DNA from: Gammaproteobacteria bacterium
GTDB lineage: Bacteria > Pseudomonadota > Gammaproteobacteria > JAJPIJ01
DNA length: 64,000 bases
Assembly: GCA_021324815.1 (NCBI GenBank)
Contig: JAJPIJ010000023.1
Span: forward strand, 666 to 64,665
Reading direction: 5' to 3'
Of the stretch, positions 8,959 to 20,662 are shown in pieces. The translations under genes were made by a program, and so were the position numbers. The notes beneath the pieces are model-generated. The model did no database searches, was not told the origin of the DNA, and saw only the letters and a list, made by a program, of their open reading frames with translations. Positions within the stretch are counted from its first letter, which is position 1, and every line of letters starts with the position of its first letter.

Positions 8959-9068
8959 AATCTTCGCCGGCGGGCGCGCTAAAGTGAGAATGGAGTCATA
9001 GTTTCGGCATCGGGCGCGTCGGGCGATGAACCCCTGCGCCGTCCCCGTCACACGAAAGGAGAGCCAAC

Positions 9069-9518
9069 ATGCCCGTCGGCGAGATTTGCAATCGAGAGGT
9101 GGTTTTCACGCCACGCAACACCCCCGTCATCGACGCCGCGAAGCTGATGCGGCGTCGTCACGTGGGCACCCTCGTGGTGGTGGATCAGGCCGATGGCAGG
9201 CCCGCACCGGCGGGAATCGTGACGGACCGGGACCTGGCCATAGGCGTCCTCGCCGCGGAGGTGGATCCCTCCACCTTGTCCGTGGGCGACGTCATGGGTG
9301 GCGAATTGATCACGGCGGGCGAAACCATGGGGATCTTCGAGGTCATCCAGTTGATGCGCTACAAGGGCGTGCGCCGCATCCCGGTGGTGGACGGCAAGGG
9401 GGGTCTGGTGGGCATCGTCGCCAGCGACGATCTGCTGCGAATCCTGGGCGAGGAAATCACCGAACTCGCCAAGGTGATTTCCCGCGAGCAGCAACGTGAA
9501 CGGCGCATCCGGCGGTGA
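9069..9518 (+). CDS. Stand-alone CBS-pair domain protein
   Basis: Two CBS repeats (AAKLMRRRHVGTLVVV...GIVTDRDL; LMRYKGVRRIPVVD...GIVASDDL). RBS AGGAG upstream. Confidence 0.9.
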   Translation: MPVGEICNREVVFTPRNTPVIDAAKLMRRRHVGTLVVVDQADGRPAPAGIVTDRDLAIGVLAAEVDPSTLSVGDVMGGELITAGETMGIFEVIQLMRYKGVRRIPVVDGKGGLVGIVASDDLLRILGEEITELAKVISREQQRERRIRR

Positions 9519-9765
9519 CGGCGCCGCAAGCCGGAAAAAACACCGATGACCGCACGCCGGGATTATCGCAATCCAATGTCAGTGTAAGACGAAAAGCGAC
9601 GCCGGGTTTCCGGGTGTTGCGATAACGCGGCCGGGGGCCCCGCAGGGGCTGATGGCCGCGCGATGTGTCCCCCGGGCATTGAACGCCGTCACCCGCCTCC
9701 CGTGCTTTTGGCGTGCCCCGTGGTGCCGGCGTTCGCACCGCTCATGCCGCAAATAGTGCGGCCTG

Positions 9766-9774
9766 TGGCATAAT
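9766..9774 (+). promoter_or_regulatory. Candidate extended -10 promoter for yajC-secDF
   Basis: TG-G-CATAAT about 30 nt upstream of yajC. Confidence 0.4.
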
Positions 9775-9805
9775 AACGCCCCTTTTTTTCATGGGGCAGG
9801 GCCAG

Positions 9806-10135
9806 ATGGGTTTTTTCATCGACGAGGCTTACGCGCAAGCCGCGCCGGCGCCGGGCGGCGTGAGCCTGTCGGATTTCGCCTTTCCGCTGCTGCTCTTCGG
9901 CCTCATGTTCGTGCTGCTGATCTGGCCGCAGATGAAGCGGCAGCGCGAACACAAGCAGATGCTGGAATCGCTGGCCAAGGGCGATGAAGTGGCGACCAGC
10001 GGCGGCCTGATTGGCCGCATCACCGAGATCGGCCCGAATTTCGTGGTGATCGAGGCGGCCAAGGGCGTGGAGGTCAGGGTGCAGCGGCACGCCATCGCCG
10101 CCGTGCTGCCCAGGGGTTCCATGAAAACCTTGTAA
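9806..10135 (+). CDS. yajC: Preprotein translocase subunit YajC
   Basis: FISxAYA-like N-terminus, one TM helix, then IWPQMKRQREHKQMLESLAKGDEVATSGGLIGRI. Precedes secD. Confidence 0.95.
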   Translation: MGFFIDEAYAQAAPAPGGVSLSDFAFPLLLFGLMFVLLIWPQMKRQREHKQMLESLAKGDEVATSGGLIGRITEIGPNFVVIEAAKGVEVRVQRHAIAAVLPRGSMKTL

Positions 10136-10155
10136 TTGCCGCCGAAAGCATTTCA

Positions 10156-12030
10156 ATGAATCGCACGCCGTTGTGGAAATGGATCCTCATCGGGATCACG
10201 GTGATCCTCGGTGCCGTCTATTCGGCCCCCAATCTCTTCGGCGAGGACCCGGCGGTGCAGATATCCGCCAAGAGCGGCCAGCCGCCCGACATCGTGCTGG
10301 AGGCCAAGGTCGAGCAGGCGCTGAAAAACGAGAAGCTCGGAGCCAAGGCACAGGAGCGCACGCCGCAGAACCTGCTGGTGCGCTTCGGCGACGGCGAGAC
10401 GCAGCTCAAGGCGTACGACGCCCTGAACAAGGCGCTGGGGGATGAATACGTCGTGGCGCTTAATCTGGCGCCGGCGACGCCGAAATGGCTGGCCTGGCTC
10501 GGCGCCAAGCCCATGTACCTCGGCCTCGATCTGCGCGGCGGCGTGCATTTCCTGCTCGCCGTGGACACGGCGGCGGCCGTCGTGCAGGCCGAGGAGCGCT
10601 TCGTCACCGATCTGCGTTCCTCCTTCCGCGAGCAGAACATCCGCTACAAGAACATCGCCCGCCTCGAACAGGGGGGGATCACGGTGACGTTCAACGAGCC
10701 CGAGGACAGGCAGAAGGCGGAGAAGATCCTGTCGCGGGAATTCTCCGCGCTGCAGACCACGACCACGAACGCCGGCGGCAACACCGTCGAACTCAAGATC
10801 AGCGACGCCTATCTCCGCGAGGCCAAGAAGACCGCCCTGCAACAGAACCTGACGACGCTGCGCAACCGCGTCAACGAACTGGGCGTGGCCGAGCCGGTCA
10901 TCCAGCAGCAGGGCGAGGACAACATCGTGGTGGAACTGCCGGGCGTGCAGGACACCGCGCGCGCCAAAGAGATCCTCGGCGCCACCGCGACGCTGGAGTT
11001 TCACATGGTGGATTTCGAACATGACCTGGCCGAGGCGCTGGCGGGCAGGGTGCCGCCCGGCTCCAAGCTCTACAAGAACCGCCAGGGCCATCCGGTGCTG
11101 CTTAAGAAGGAGGTCATGCTGACCGGCGAGTACATCATCGACGCCGCCTCCGGCTTCGATCAACAGAGCAACACGCCCAACGTCAGCATCCGCCTGAACG
11201 GCAAGGGCGGCGCGCTGTTCAGCCGCGCCACGCGCGACAACGTCGGCAAGCCGATGGCGGTGGTGTTCATCGAGAACAAGGTCAAGACGGTCAAGGAGGA
11301 CGGGGAGACCAAAAAGGTGGCGACGCGGACCGAGGAGGTGATCAACGTCGCCACCATCCGCGAGGAGCTGGGCCGCAGCTTCCAGATCACGGGACTCGAG
11401 AGCACGCACGAGGCGCGCAATCTGGCGCTGCTGCTGCGCGCCGGCTCGCTGGCGACGCCGATCGAGATCGTCGAGGAGCGCACCATCGGCCCGAGCCTCG
11501 GCGCCGAGAACATCAAGCGCGGCTTCCATTCCACCTGGGTCGGCTTCGTCGCCATCGCCGCATTCATGATCGTGTATTACCTCGTGTTCGGCGTGACCGC
11601 GGTGATCGCGCTCGCCGTCAACGTCATGCTGCTGGTGGCGCTCCTGTCGATCCTGCAGGCCACGCTGACGCTGCCCGGCATGGCCGGCATCGCGCTGACG
11701 GTGGGCATGGCCATCGACGCCAACGTGCTCATCAACGAGCGCATCCGCGAGGAGCTGCGCAACGGCGTGAGCCCGCAGGCCAGCATCACGGCGGGTTACG
11801 AGCGGGCGTTTGCCACCATTCTCGATACCAACATCACCACCCTCATCGCCGGCATCGCGCTGTACGCCTGCGGCACCGGCCCGGTGCGCGGCTTCGCCGT
11901 GGTGCTGTGCCTGGGGATCCTCACCTCGATGTTCAGCGCCATCATGGTGTCGCGCAGCCTCGTCAATTTGATCTACGGCTACCGCCGGCGGCTCGCCCGC
12001 ATCGCCATCGGCAACACGGCGTGGAAGTAG
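10156..12030 (+). CDS. secD: Protein translocase subunit SecD
   Basis: LGLDLRGGVHF, RNRVNELGVAEP, IVVELPGVQD, ERTIGPSLG and GMAIDANVLINERIREE motifs. Confidence 0.97.
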   Translation: MNRTPLWKWILIGITVILGAVYSAPNLFGEDPAVQISAKSGQPPDIVLEAKVEQALKNEKLGAKAQERTPQNLLVRFGDGETQLKAYDALNKALGDEYVVALNLAPATPKWLAWLGAKPMYLGLDLRGGVHFLLAVDTAAAVVQAEERFVTDLRSSFREQNIRYKNIARLEQGGITVTFNEPEDRQKAEKILSREFSALQTTTTNAGGNTVELKISDAYLREAKKTALQQNLTTLRNRVNELGVAEPVIQQQGEDNIVVELPGVQDTARAKEILGATATLEFHMVDFEHDLAEALAGRVPPGSKLYKNRQGHPVLLKKEVMLTGEYIIDAASGFDQQSNTPNVSIRLNGKGGALFSRATRDNVGKPMAVVFIENKVKTVKEDGETKKVATRTEEVINVATIREELGRSFQITGLESTHEARNLALLLRAGSLATPIEIVEERTIGPSLGAENIKRGFHSTWVGFVAIAAFMIVYYLVFGVTAVIALAVNVMLLVALLSILQATLTLPGMAGIALTVGMAIDANVLINERIREELRNGVSPQASITAGYERAFATILDTNITTLIAGIALYACGTGPVRGFAVVLCLGILTSMFSAIMVSRSLVNLIYGYRRRLARIAIGNTAWK

Positions 12031-12054
12031 GCCGCCAGGTCACCGGAGACGCCC

Positions 12055-12993
12055 ATGGAATTCTTCAAGATCCGCAAAGACATCCCGTTCATGCGCCACG
12101 CGCTCACGTTCAACGTGATCTCGGCGGTGACGTTCCTGCTGGCGGTGATTTTCCTCAGCGTGCGGGGCCTGAATCTGGGCGTCGATTTCACCGGCGGCAC
12201 GGTGATGGAGGTGAACTATCCCGCGGCGGCGGATCTCGGAAAAATCCGCGACGCGCTCGCCGGCATCGGCTACCGCGACGTCCCGGTGCAGAATTTCGGC
12301 ACCACGACCGATGTGTTGATCCGCCTGCCGACGCGCAAGGGCCTGCCGCAGGCCCACATCTCCGATGACGTCATGGCGGCGCTGCGCGCCGCCGATCCCG
12401 GCGCCCAGCTGCGGCGCGTGGAATTCGTCGGGCCGCAGGTGGGCGAGGAGCTGCTGGAGAACGGCGGGCTGGCATTGCTGTTCGTGTCGATCGGGATCAT
12501 GGTCTATCTGTGGGCGCGGTTCGAATGGAAATTCGGGCTGGCCACCATCATCGCCAACCTGCACGACGTCGTGATCATCCTGGGCTTCTTCGCCTTCTTC
12601 CAGTGGGACTTCTCGCTCTCGGTGCTGGCGGCGGTGCTGGCGGTGCTGGGCTACTCGGTCAACGAATCGGTGGTGGTGTTCGACCGCGTGCGCGAGAACT
12701 TCCACAAGCTGCGCACCGCCACGGTCCCGCAAATCATCGACAACGCCATCACCCGCACCCTGTCGCGCACCATCATCACCCACGGCTGCACCCAGCTCGC
12801 CGTGCTGTCCATGCTGTTTTTCGGCGGCGAGACGCTGCATTACTTCGCCCTGGCGCTGACCATCGGCATCTGCTTCGGGATTTATTCCTCGGCGCTGGTG
12901 GCCAGCCCCATCGTGATGTGGCTGGGGGTGTCGCGCGGCGACCTGGTGCGGCCGCCGGTCGTCAAGGAGGGAGCCGAATACAACCGGCCCTGA
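12055..12993 (+). CDS. secF: Protein translocase subunit SecF
   Basis: GVDFTGGT, VEFVGPQVG, GYSVNESVVVFDRVRENF and SRTIIT motifs. Confidence 0.97.
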   Translation: MEFFKIRKDIPFMRHALTFNVISAVTFLLAVIFLSVRGLNLGVDFTGGTVMEVNYPAAADLGKIRDALAGIGYRDVPVQNFGTTTDVLIRLPTRKGLPQAHISDDVMAALRAADPGAQLRRVEFVGPQVGEELLENGGLALLFVSIGIMVYLWARFEWKFGLATIIANLHDVVIILGFFAFFQWDFSLSVLAAVLAVLGYSVNESVVVFDRVRENFHKLRTATVPQIIDNAITRTLSRTIITHGCTQLAVLSMLFFGGETLHYFALALTIGICFGIYSSALVASPIVMWLGVSRGDLVRPPVVKEGAEYNRP

Positions 12994-13037
12994 TCTGAGG
13001 CGCGGCCGACGCGTTGCGTTCGTGTCGCGGTGGAATC

Positions 13038-14165
13038 GTGGCGTCGGGGCGTCCGTTGAACATCGTCGCTGATCAAAACATCACCCAGGTCGATCGAGCC
13101 TTTCAGGGCTGGGGCAGGGTCCGGCTGGTCGCCGGCCGCGGGCTGCGGGCGGCGGACATCGGCGGCGCCGATCTGTTGCTGGTGCGATCCGTCACCCGCG
13201 TCGATGCGGCCCTGCTCGAGGGCGGCCGCGTGCGTTTCATCGGCTCGGCCACGAGCGGCGTCGACCACGTCGATCTGCCGTACTTGCAGGAACGCGGCAT
13301 CGCCTTTGCCCATGCCCCCGGCAGCAACGCCGTTGCAGTGGCCGAATACGTGCTGGCGGCCATCTGCCACTGGGCCGGACGCAAGGACAGGGGGCTGGCC
13401 GGGCTGCGAGCGGCCGTGATTGGCTGCGGCCGGGTCGGCGGCCGCATCGCGGCTTTTCTGGAGGCGATGGGCGTCATCTGCCTGCGCAACGACCCGCCGC
13501 TCAGGGAGACCACGGGCGATCCGCGCTATCTGGAACTCGACGCGGTGCTCGACGCCGACATCGTCACCCTGCACGTGCCGCTGACGCGGGACGGGCCTCA
13601 TCCCACCTGGCGGCTGCTCCATGCCGGCAATCTGCCGCGGCTCAAGGACGACGCGCTGCTCATCAACACCGCGCGCGGCGGCGTGATCGACGAGGCGGCG
13701 TTGCTGTCCCTGCTGGCCCGGCGGCGGGGCATGGAGGCGGTGATCGACTGCTGGGAGGGGGAGCCGGACATCGACACGGCCCTGGTCTCCCGCGCCCTGA
13801 TCGCGACGCCGCATATCGCCGGCTACAGCCACGACGGCAAGCTGCGCGCCACGCAGCAGGTGTACGAGGCGGCGTGCCGGCATTTCAACCGCCCCCGGCT
13901 GTGGCGGCCGGCGCTGCCGCCGCCGCCGGCCCTGACGGCGGGCGCGACGGTGAGTGAAACGGTGTTGAACTGTTATGATCCGGCGCATGACAGCGCGGCG
14001 TTGAAACGGATGCTGGAACTGCCGGCTTCGGTGCGGGCGGCATGTTTCGATCGGTTGCGGCGCGACTACCCGGTGCGGCGCGAATTCCCGGCGCACCGGT
14101 TCACGCCGCCCGGCCCGGCCGCCGGCACCGCGCCCGCGCTGCGCGCCCTGGGATTCCGATGCTGA
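13038..14165 (+). CDS. pdxB: Erythronate-4-phosphate dehydrogenase
   Basis: LNIVADQN, LLVRSVTRVD, GSATSGVDHVD, APGSNAVAVAEYV, TLHVPL and TPHIAGYSHDGK motifs. Start codon uncertain (13038 or 13056). Confidence 0.92.
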   Translation: MASGRPLNIVADQNITQVDRAFQGWGRVRLVAGRGLRAADIGGADLLLVRSVTRVDAALLEGGRVRFIGSATSGVDHVDLPYLQERGIAFAHAPGSNAVAVAEYVLAAICHWAGRKDRGLAGLRAAVIGCGRVGGRIAAFLEAMGVICLRNDPPLRETTGDPRYLELDAVLDADIVTLHVPLTRDGPHPTWRLLHAGNLPRLKDDALLINTARGGVIDEAALLSLLARRRGMEAVIDCWEGEPDIDTALVSRALIATPHIAGYSHDGKLRATQQVYEAACRHFNRPRLWRPALPPPPALTAGATVSETVLNCYDPAHDSAALKRMLELPASVRAACFDRLRRDYPVRREFPAHRFTPPGPAAGTAPALRALGFRC

Positions 14166-14174
14166 GACGAATCA

Positions 14175-15368
14175 ATGGCTGATCAAACCGTCATCCTCGG
14201 CACGCCGCTTACGGCCGGCGCCACGCGGCTGCTGCTGCTGGGCTCGGGCGAGCTCGGCAAGGAGGTCGCCATCGAGGCGCAGCGATACGGCGTCGAGGTC
14301 ATCGCCGTGGATCGCTACGCCAACGCCCCCGCCATGCAGGTCGCGCACCGCGCCCACGTCGTCAACATGCTGGACGGCGCTGCGCTGCGGCGGATCATCG
14401 AACGTGAAAAGCCGCACTACATCGTCCCGGAGATCGAGGCCATCGCCACCGACACGCTGGTGGAACTGGAACGGCAGGGATGCACCGTGATCCCCACCGC
14501 GCGCGCGACGCAGTTGACCATGGACCGGGAGGGCATACGGCGGCTGGCCGCCGAGGAGTTGAAACTCAAGACCTCGCCGTACCGCTTCGCCGGCAGCCCC
14601 GAGGAATACCGCGCCGCGGTGGCGGCGATCGGCCTGCCGTGCGTGGTGAAACCGGTGATGAGCTCCTCCGGCAAGGGCCAGTCCACGGTGAAGACGCCGG
14701 CGGAGATCACGCCGGCGTGGGAGTATGCGCAGAAAGGCGGCCGCGTGGCGGGGGGGCGGGTGATCGTGGAGGGCTTCATCCGGTTCGATTATGAAATCAC
14801 CCAGCTGACCGTGCGCCACCGCGGCGGCACCTCCTTCTGCGCGCCGATCGGGCATCTACAGATCGACGGCGACTACCGCGAATCCTGGCAGCCGCAGCCG
14901 ATGTCGGCGGCGGCGCTCGAGGAAGGCCGGCGCATCGCCCGCGCCATCACCGACGCGCTGGGCGGCCGCGGCATCTTCGGCGTGGAGCTGTTCGTGCGCG
15001 GGGACGAGGTGTGGTTCAGCGAGGTGTCACCGCGCCCGCACGACACCGGCCTCGTGACCCTGATCTCGCAGGACCTCTCCGAGTTCGCCCTGCACGTGCG
15101 GGCGGTGCTGGGGCTGCCGATCCCGGCCATCCGCCAGCACGGGCCGGCGGCCTCCTGCGCGCTGCTGGTCGAGGGACATTCCAAAAATGTACGATTTGGG
15201 AACGTCGAACGGGCGCTGACGGCACCGGACACCGCGCTGCGCCTGTTCGGCAAGCCGGAGGTTGCCGGCCACCGCCGCATGGGCGTCACCCTGGCCCTGG
15301 GCGCCGATGTCGAAGCCGCGCGCGCCAGGGCGCGCGCAGCGGCGGCGGCGATCGCCGTTGAGTTGTAA
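14175..15368 (+). CDS. purT: Formate-dependent phosphoribosylglycinamide formyltransferase
   Basis: [31 protein letters not shown] and [10 protein letters not shown] motifs. Confidence 0.97.
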   Translation: MADQTVILGTPLTAGATRLLLLGSGELGKEVAIEAQRYGVEVIAVDRYANAPAMQVAHRAHVVNMLDGAALRRIIEREKPHYIVPEIEAIATDTLVELERQGCTVIPTARATQLTMDREGIRRLAAEELKLKTSPYRFAGSPEEYRAAVAAIGLPCVVKPVMSSSGKGQSTVKTPAEITPAWEYAQKGGRVAGGRVIVEGFIRFDYEITQLTVRHRGGTSFCAPIGHLQIDGDYRESWQPQPMSAAALEEGRRIARAITDALGGRGIFGVELFVRGDEVWFSEVSPRPHDTGLVTLISQDLSEFALHVRAVLGLPIPAIRQHGPAASCALLVEGHSKNVRFGNVERALTAPDTALRLFGKPEVAGHRRMGVTLALGADVEAARARARAAAAAIAVEL

Positions 15369-15412
15369 AACGGCGGATTGATCCTGGCGGTCATGACAAA
15401 GAGGGGGGAACC

Positions 15413-15802
15413 ATGCGCATCCTGCACACGATGTTGAGGGTCGGAAACCTGGACCGTTCGATCGACTTTTACACCCATGTGCTCGGCATGAAGGTGCTGC
15501 GCCGCAAGGACTATCCCGACGGCAAGTTCACGCTGGCCTTCGTCGGCTACGGCGAGGAGAAGGACACGGCGGTGCTGGAGCTGACCTACAACTGGGGCGT
15601 GGAGAAATACGAGCTGGGAAACGCCTACGGCCACGTCGCCATCGAGGTGGACAACGCCGCGCAGGCCTGTGAAAAGGTGCGCGCCATGGGCGGCAGGGTG
15701 GTGCGCGAGGCGGGCCCCATGAAGCACGGCAGCACCGTGATTGCCTTCGTCGAGGACCCCGACGGCTACAAGATCGAGTTCATCGAGAAGGGCAGCGGGT
15801 AG
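15413..15802 (+). CDS. gloA: Lactoylglutathione lyase (glyoxalase I)
   Basis: [27 protein letters not shown] and [11 protein letters not shown] motifs. Confidence 0.96.
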   Translation: MRILHTMLRVGNLDRSIDFYTHVLGMKVLRRKDYPDGKFTLAFVGYGEEKDTAVLELTYNWGVEKYELGNAYGHVAIEVDNAAQACEKVRAMGGRVVREAGPMKHGSTVIAFVEDPDGYKIEFIEKGSG

Positions 15803-15902
15803 ACCGCAATTCCTGCCGTTCCGGCCGCTCACAGACGGCCGGTTGACGGTGATGGGCGGCTACCGCAGAATCAGCGCCCCCGACCAGCCCCGATCCGCGC
15901 GG

Positions 15903-16718
15903 ATGCAAAACAACAATAAAAACAGCAGTGAGCCGCTGGTCAGGATCCGCGGGCTGATCTTCAAGCGCGGCCAGCGCGCCATCTTCGACAACGTCGACAT
16001 CGACATCCGCCGCGGCGGCATCACCGCCATCATGGGACCGTCCGGCTGCGGCAAGACCACGCTGCTGCGCCTGATCGGCGGCCAGTTGAAGCCGCTGTCG
16101 GGCAGCGTACGGGTCGACGGCATCGAGGTCCCCAGGCTCTCGCGGCGGGCGCTGATGAACCTGCGCAAGCGCATGGGCATGCTGTTCCAGAGCGGCGCCC
16201 TGCTGACCGATCTGAACGTGTTTGAGAACGTCGCCTTCCCGCTGCGCGAGCACACGCCGCTGCCGGAGGCCGTCATCCGCGATCTGGTGCTGATGAAGCT
16301 GGAGGCGGTCGGCCTGCGCGGCGCCCGCGGCCTCATGGCGGCGCAACTGTCGGGCGGCATGGCCCGGCGGGTGGCGCTGGCGCGCGCCATCGCGCTCGAG
16401 CCCATGATGATCATGTACGACGAGCCCTTCACCGGCCAGGACCCGATCTCGATGGGCGTGCTCGTGCGCCTGATCAAGTCCCTGAACGAGGCCCTGGGGA
16501 TCACCAGCGTCATCGTGTCCCACGACATCCAGGAAACCGTGTCCATCGCCGATTACGTTTACATCCTGTCGGCGGGCAAGATCGTGGGGCAGGGCACGCC
16601 CGCGGAGCTGGCCGGCACGAATTCGCAATGGGTGCGACAGTTCATGCAGGCGCTGTCCGACGGACCGGTGCGGTTCCACTATCCCGCCCCCTCCATCACC
16701 GAGGATCTGCAACTGTGA
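15903..16718 (+). CDS. mlaF: Phospholipid ABC transporter ATP-binding protein MlaF
   Basis: Walker A GPSGCGKT, signature [14 protein letters not shown], and [11 protein letters not shown]. Heads the mla operon. Confidence 0.93.
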   Translation: MQNNNKNSSEPLVRIRGLIFKRGQRAIFDNVDIDIRRGGITAIMGPSGCGKTTLLRLIGGQLKPLSGSVRVDGIEVPRLSRRALMNLRKRMGMLFQSGALLTDLNVFENVAFPLREHTPLPEAVIRDLVLMKLEAVGLRGARGLMAAQLSGGMARRVALARAIALEPMMIMYDEPFTGQDPISMGVLVRLIKSLNEALGITSVIVSHDIQETVSIADYVYILSAGKIVGQGTPAELAGTNSQWVRQFMQALSDGPVRFHYPAPSITEDLQL

Positions 16719-17506
16719 CCGCGGCCTTTCTGGGCATGCTGCAGCGGCTGGGCCGGTGGGGATTGTCGGCCCTGGAACGGCTGGGACGGGGGACCGTCTT
16801 CTTTGTCTATGTGATCGGCGGGTTCCCGGAAATCCTGCGTCGGGGGCGGTTGATCGTGGCGCAGATCTACGCCGTGGGCGCGCTGTCGCTGGTCATCATC
16901 GTGGTGTCGGGCATCTTCGTCGGCATGGTGCTGGGCTTGCAGGGCTATAATACGCTGGTCGATTTCGGCGCGTCCGAATCGCTCGGCGAACTGGTGGCCC
17001 TGTCGCTGGTCCGCGAGCTGGGGCCGGTGGTGACGGCGCTGCTGTACGCCGGTCGCGCCGGGTCGGCGCTCACCGCCGAAATCGGCCTGATGAAAACCAC
17101 CGAGCAATTGTCGGCGATGGAGATGATGGCCGTGGATCCGCTGCACCGGGTCATCGCGCCGCGGCTGCTGGCGGGAATCATTTCCATGCCGCTCCTGGCC
17201 GCGATTTTCAGCATCCTGGGCGTGTACGGCGGCCACTTTGTCGGCGTCACCCTGTTGGGGGTGGACGACGGCGCCTACTGGTCGCAGATGCAGGCGACGG
17301 TGGACTGGTACGACGACATTTTGAACGGCGTCATCAAGAGCTTCGTGTTCGGCATCGTGGTGACGTGGATCGCCCTGTTCGAGGGTTACGACACGGCGCC
17401 CACCTCGGAGGGGATCAGCCGCGCGACGACGCGGACGGTGGTGAACTCGAGCCTCGCCGTGCTGGGGCTGGATTTTGTGTTGACGGCTTTGATGTTCAAC
17501 AAGTAG
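16715..17506 (+). CDS. mlaE: Phospholipid ABC transporter permease MlaE
   Basis: [31 protein letters not shown] and [10 protein letters not shown] motifs. GTG start overlaps the mlaF stop. Confidence 0.95.
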   Translation: MTAAFLGMLQRLGRWGLSALERLGRGTVFFVYVIGGFPEILRRGRLIVAQIYAVGALSLVIIVVSGIFVGMVLGLQGYNTLVDFGASESLGELVALSLVRELGPVVTALLYAGRAGSALTAEIGLMKTTEQLSAMEMMAVDPLHRVIAPRLLAGIISMPLLAAIFSILGVYGGHFVGVTLLGVDDGAYWSQMQATVDWYDDILNGVIKSFVFGIVVTWIALFEGYDTAPTSEGISRATTRTVVNSSLAVLGLDFVLTALMFNK

Positions 17507-17610
17507 CGGGGAGCGCCGTGATATCCCCCGCCGATGAGCTGATGCCGCGCTGCGGCCGGCTGCGGATCTTTTTGGCGTTCTGCGGATGGACGTGATAGAG
17601 GAGCGGGAAG

Positions 17611-18084
17611 ATGACTGAGTCAAGAACTCTCGAAATCGTGGTGGGCGGGTTCATCTTCGCCGGGCTGCTGGCGCTGCTCATGCTGTCGATGAAGGTCAGC
17701 AACCTGACGGATATCGGCGGCACGGACGGCTACGAAATCAAGGCCAAATTCGACAACATCGGCGGTCTTAAGGTCCGCTCGCCGGTCAAGATGGCGGGGG
17801 TGAAAATCGGCCAGGTGTCGGCGATCGATTTCGACCCCACCAGCTACCGGGCGGAGGTCACGCTCAAAATCGACCGCCGTTACGACAAGATCCCGACGGA
17901 TACCTCGGCCAAGATCTTCACGGCGGGTCTCCTGGGCGAGCAATACATCAGTCTCGAGGCCGGCGGCGACGACCACTACCTGAAACCCGGGGGGGAAATC
18001 ACGCTGGTGTCCAATGCCGTGGTGCTGGAGCAAGTCATCGGCCAATTCCTTTATAATAAGGCCGCCGGGAACGACAAGAAGTGA
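17611..18084 (+). CDS. mlaD: MCE-domain protein MlaD
   Basis: FDNIGGLKVRSPVKMAGVKIG and TAGLLGEQYI motifs. Confidence 0.95.
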   Translation: MTESRTLEIVVGGFIFAGLLALLMLSMKVSNLTDIGGTDGYEIKAKFDNIGGLKVRSPVKMAGVKIGQVSAIDFDPTSYRAEVTLKIDRRYDKIPTDTSAKIFTAGLLGEQYISLEAGGDDHYLKPGGEITLVSNAVVLEQVIGQFLYNKAAGNDKK

Positions 18085-18156
18085 TGGCGGCCCCGGGGGT
18101 CCTGGTGAGGGTTAAAAGACGGTGTCAAGAAAGCCATAACGGGCGGAGAAGAGATT

Positions 18157-18789
18157 ATGAAACGCGGGCAATGGTGGGCGGCGGTATTGAGCGGGTTGAT
18201 GGCGGTGGCGGTCGGGGCGTCCGTCGGCCCGGAGGAAGTGGTCAAGAACACCACGGACCTGGTGTTCCAGCGCATCAAGACCGATGAGACGTCGCTGAAG
18301 GAGGACACCAGCAAGCTGTATCAGCTGGTGAACGAGTTGATCATTCCGCATTTTGATTTCCAGCGGGCCTCGCAGCTGGTGCTGGGCAAGAACTGGCGCG
18401 GTGCCAGCGACGATCAGCGCCAGCGATTCGCCGAGGCCTTCAAGGAGCTCATGGTGCGCACCTATGCGAACGCGTTGCTGCAGTACGTCGACAATAAAAT
18501 CACCTACAAGGCGGTGCAGGCGGATCAGGATGGAAAGATCATAACCGTGCGCACGGAGGTCGAACAGCCCGGGGCGGAACCGGTGGCGGTCAATTACCGC
18601 ATGCACGAGGTCAACGGCGAGTGGAAGGTCTATGACGTCATCGTCGGCGGCATCAGCCTGCTGGTGACCTACCGGGATTCATTCGCCTCGGAGATCAACC
18701 AGTCCGGCATCGACAGCTTGATTGCGCATCTGCAGAGCCACAATCAGGAACTGGCGGCCAAGAACACACCCCATCCCGCCGCGCAATGA
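18157..18789 (+). CDS. mlaC: Periplasmic phospholipid-binding protein MlaC
   Basis: Signal peptide; PHFDFQRASQLVLGKNW and WKVYDVIVGGISLLVTYR motifs. Confidence 0.93.
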   Translation: MKRGQWWAAVLSGLMAVAVGASVGPEEVVKNTTDLVFQRIKTDETSLKEDTSKLYQLVNELIIPHFDFQRASQLVLGKNWRGASDDQRQRFAEAFKELMVRTYANALLQYVDNKITYKAVQADQDGKIITVRTEVEQPGAEPVAVNYRMHEVNGEWKVYDVIVGGISLLVTYRDSFASEINQSGIDSLIAHLQSHNQELAAKNTPHPAAQ

Positions 18790-19100
18790 ACGTGGCCGTG
18801 GCCCGCATCGAACCTGTCGGCGATCACGCCTGGCGCGTCGCGGGGGAGCTGACGCTGCAAAACCTGCCGGCGCTGCTGGCCGAGTCGGAGGGGCTGCGCG
18901 CCGCCGCCGGTCCCGGCCGGGGATTTGAACTGGACCTCTCCGGGGTGACGCGCATCGACAGCTCCGCCATCGCGCTGCTGCTTGCCTGGATGCGCGCGGC
19001 CCGGCAGGCCGGCGCCTCCGTGAGGTTTTTCCGGGCGCCGGGCCAGTTGCTTTCGATTGCGGAAGTCAGCGGCGTCCGCTCCCTGCTGCCTTTGGGTTGA
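18786..19100 (+). CDS. mlaB: STAS-domain protein MlaB
   Basis: LDLSGVTRIDSSAIALLL STAS motif and operon position. Confidence 0.88.
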   Translation: MNVAVARIEPVGDHAWRVAGELTLQNLPALLAESEGLRAAAGPGRGFELDLSGVTRIDSSAIALLLAWMRAARQAGASVRFFRAPGQLLSIAEVSGVRSLLPLG

Positions 19101-19116
19101 GTAGAGGGGCGCGGCG

Positions 19117-20630
<1,514 letters not shown>

Positions 20631-20662
20631 GCGTTTGCCCCCGCGCCGCCGGAGAAACGAAC

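Noticed and set aside
9720-9729. GTGGTGCCGG matches the tRNA-Leu 3' end region at 6582-6591 (possible att site)
   Set aside because: Only 10 bp of GC-rich sequence. It would flank core queA-tgt genes rather than an island; likely chance.
10153-11529. 458-aa antisense ORF over secD
   Set aside because: Typical stop-free shadow frame of a high-GC gene; no motifs and no RBS support.
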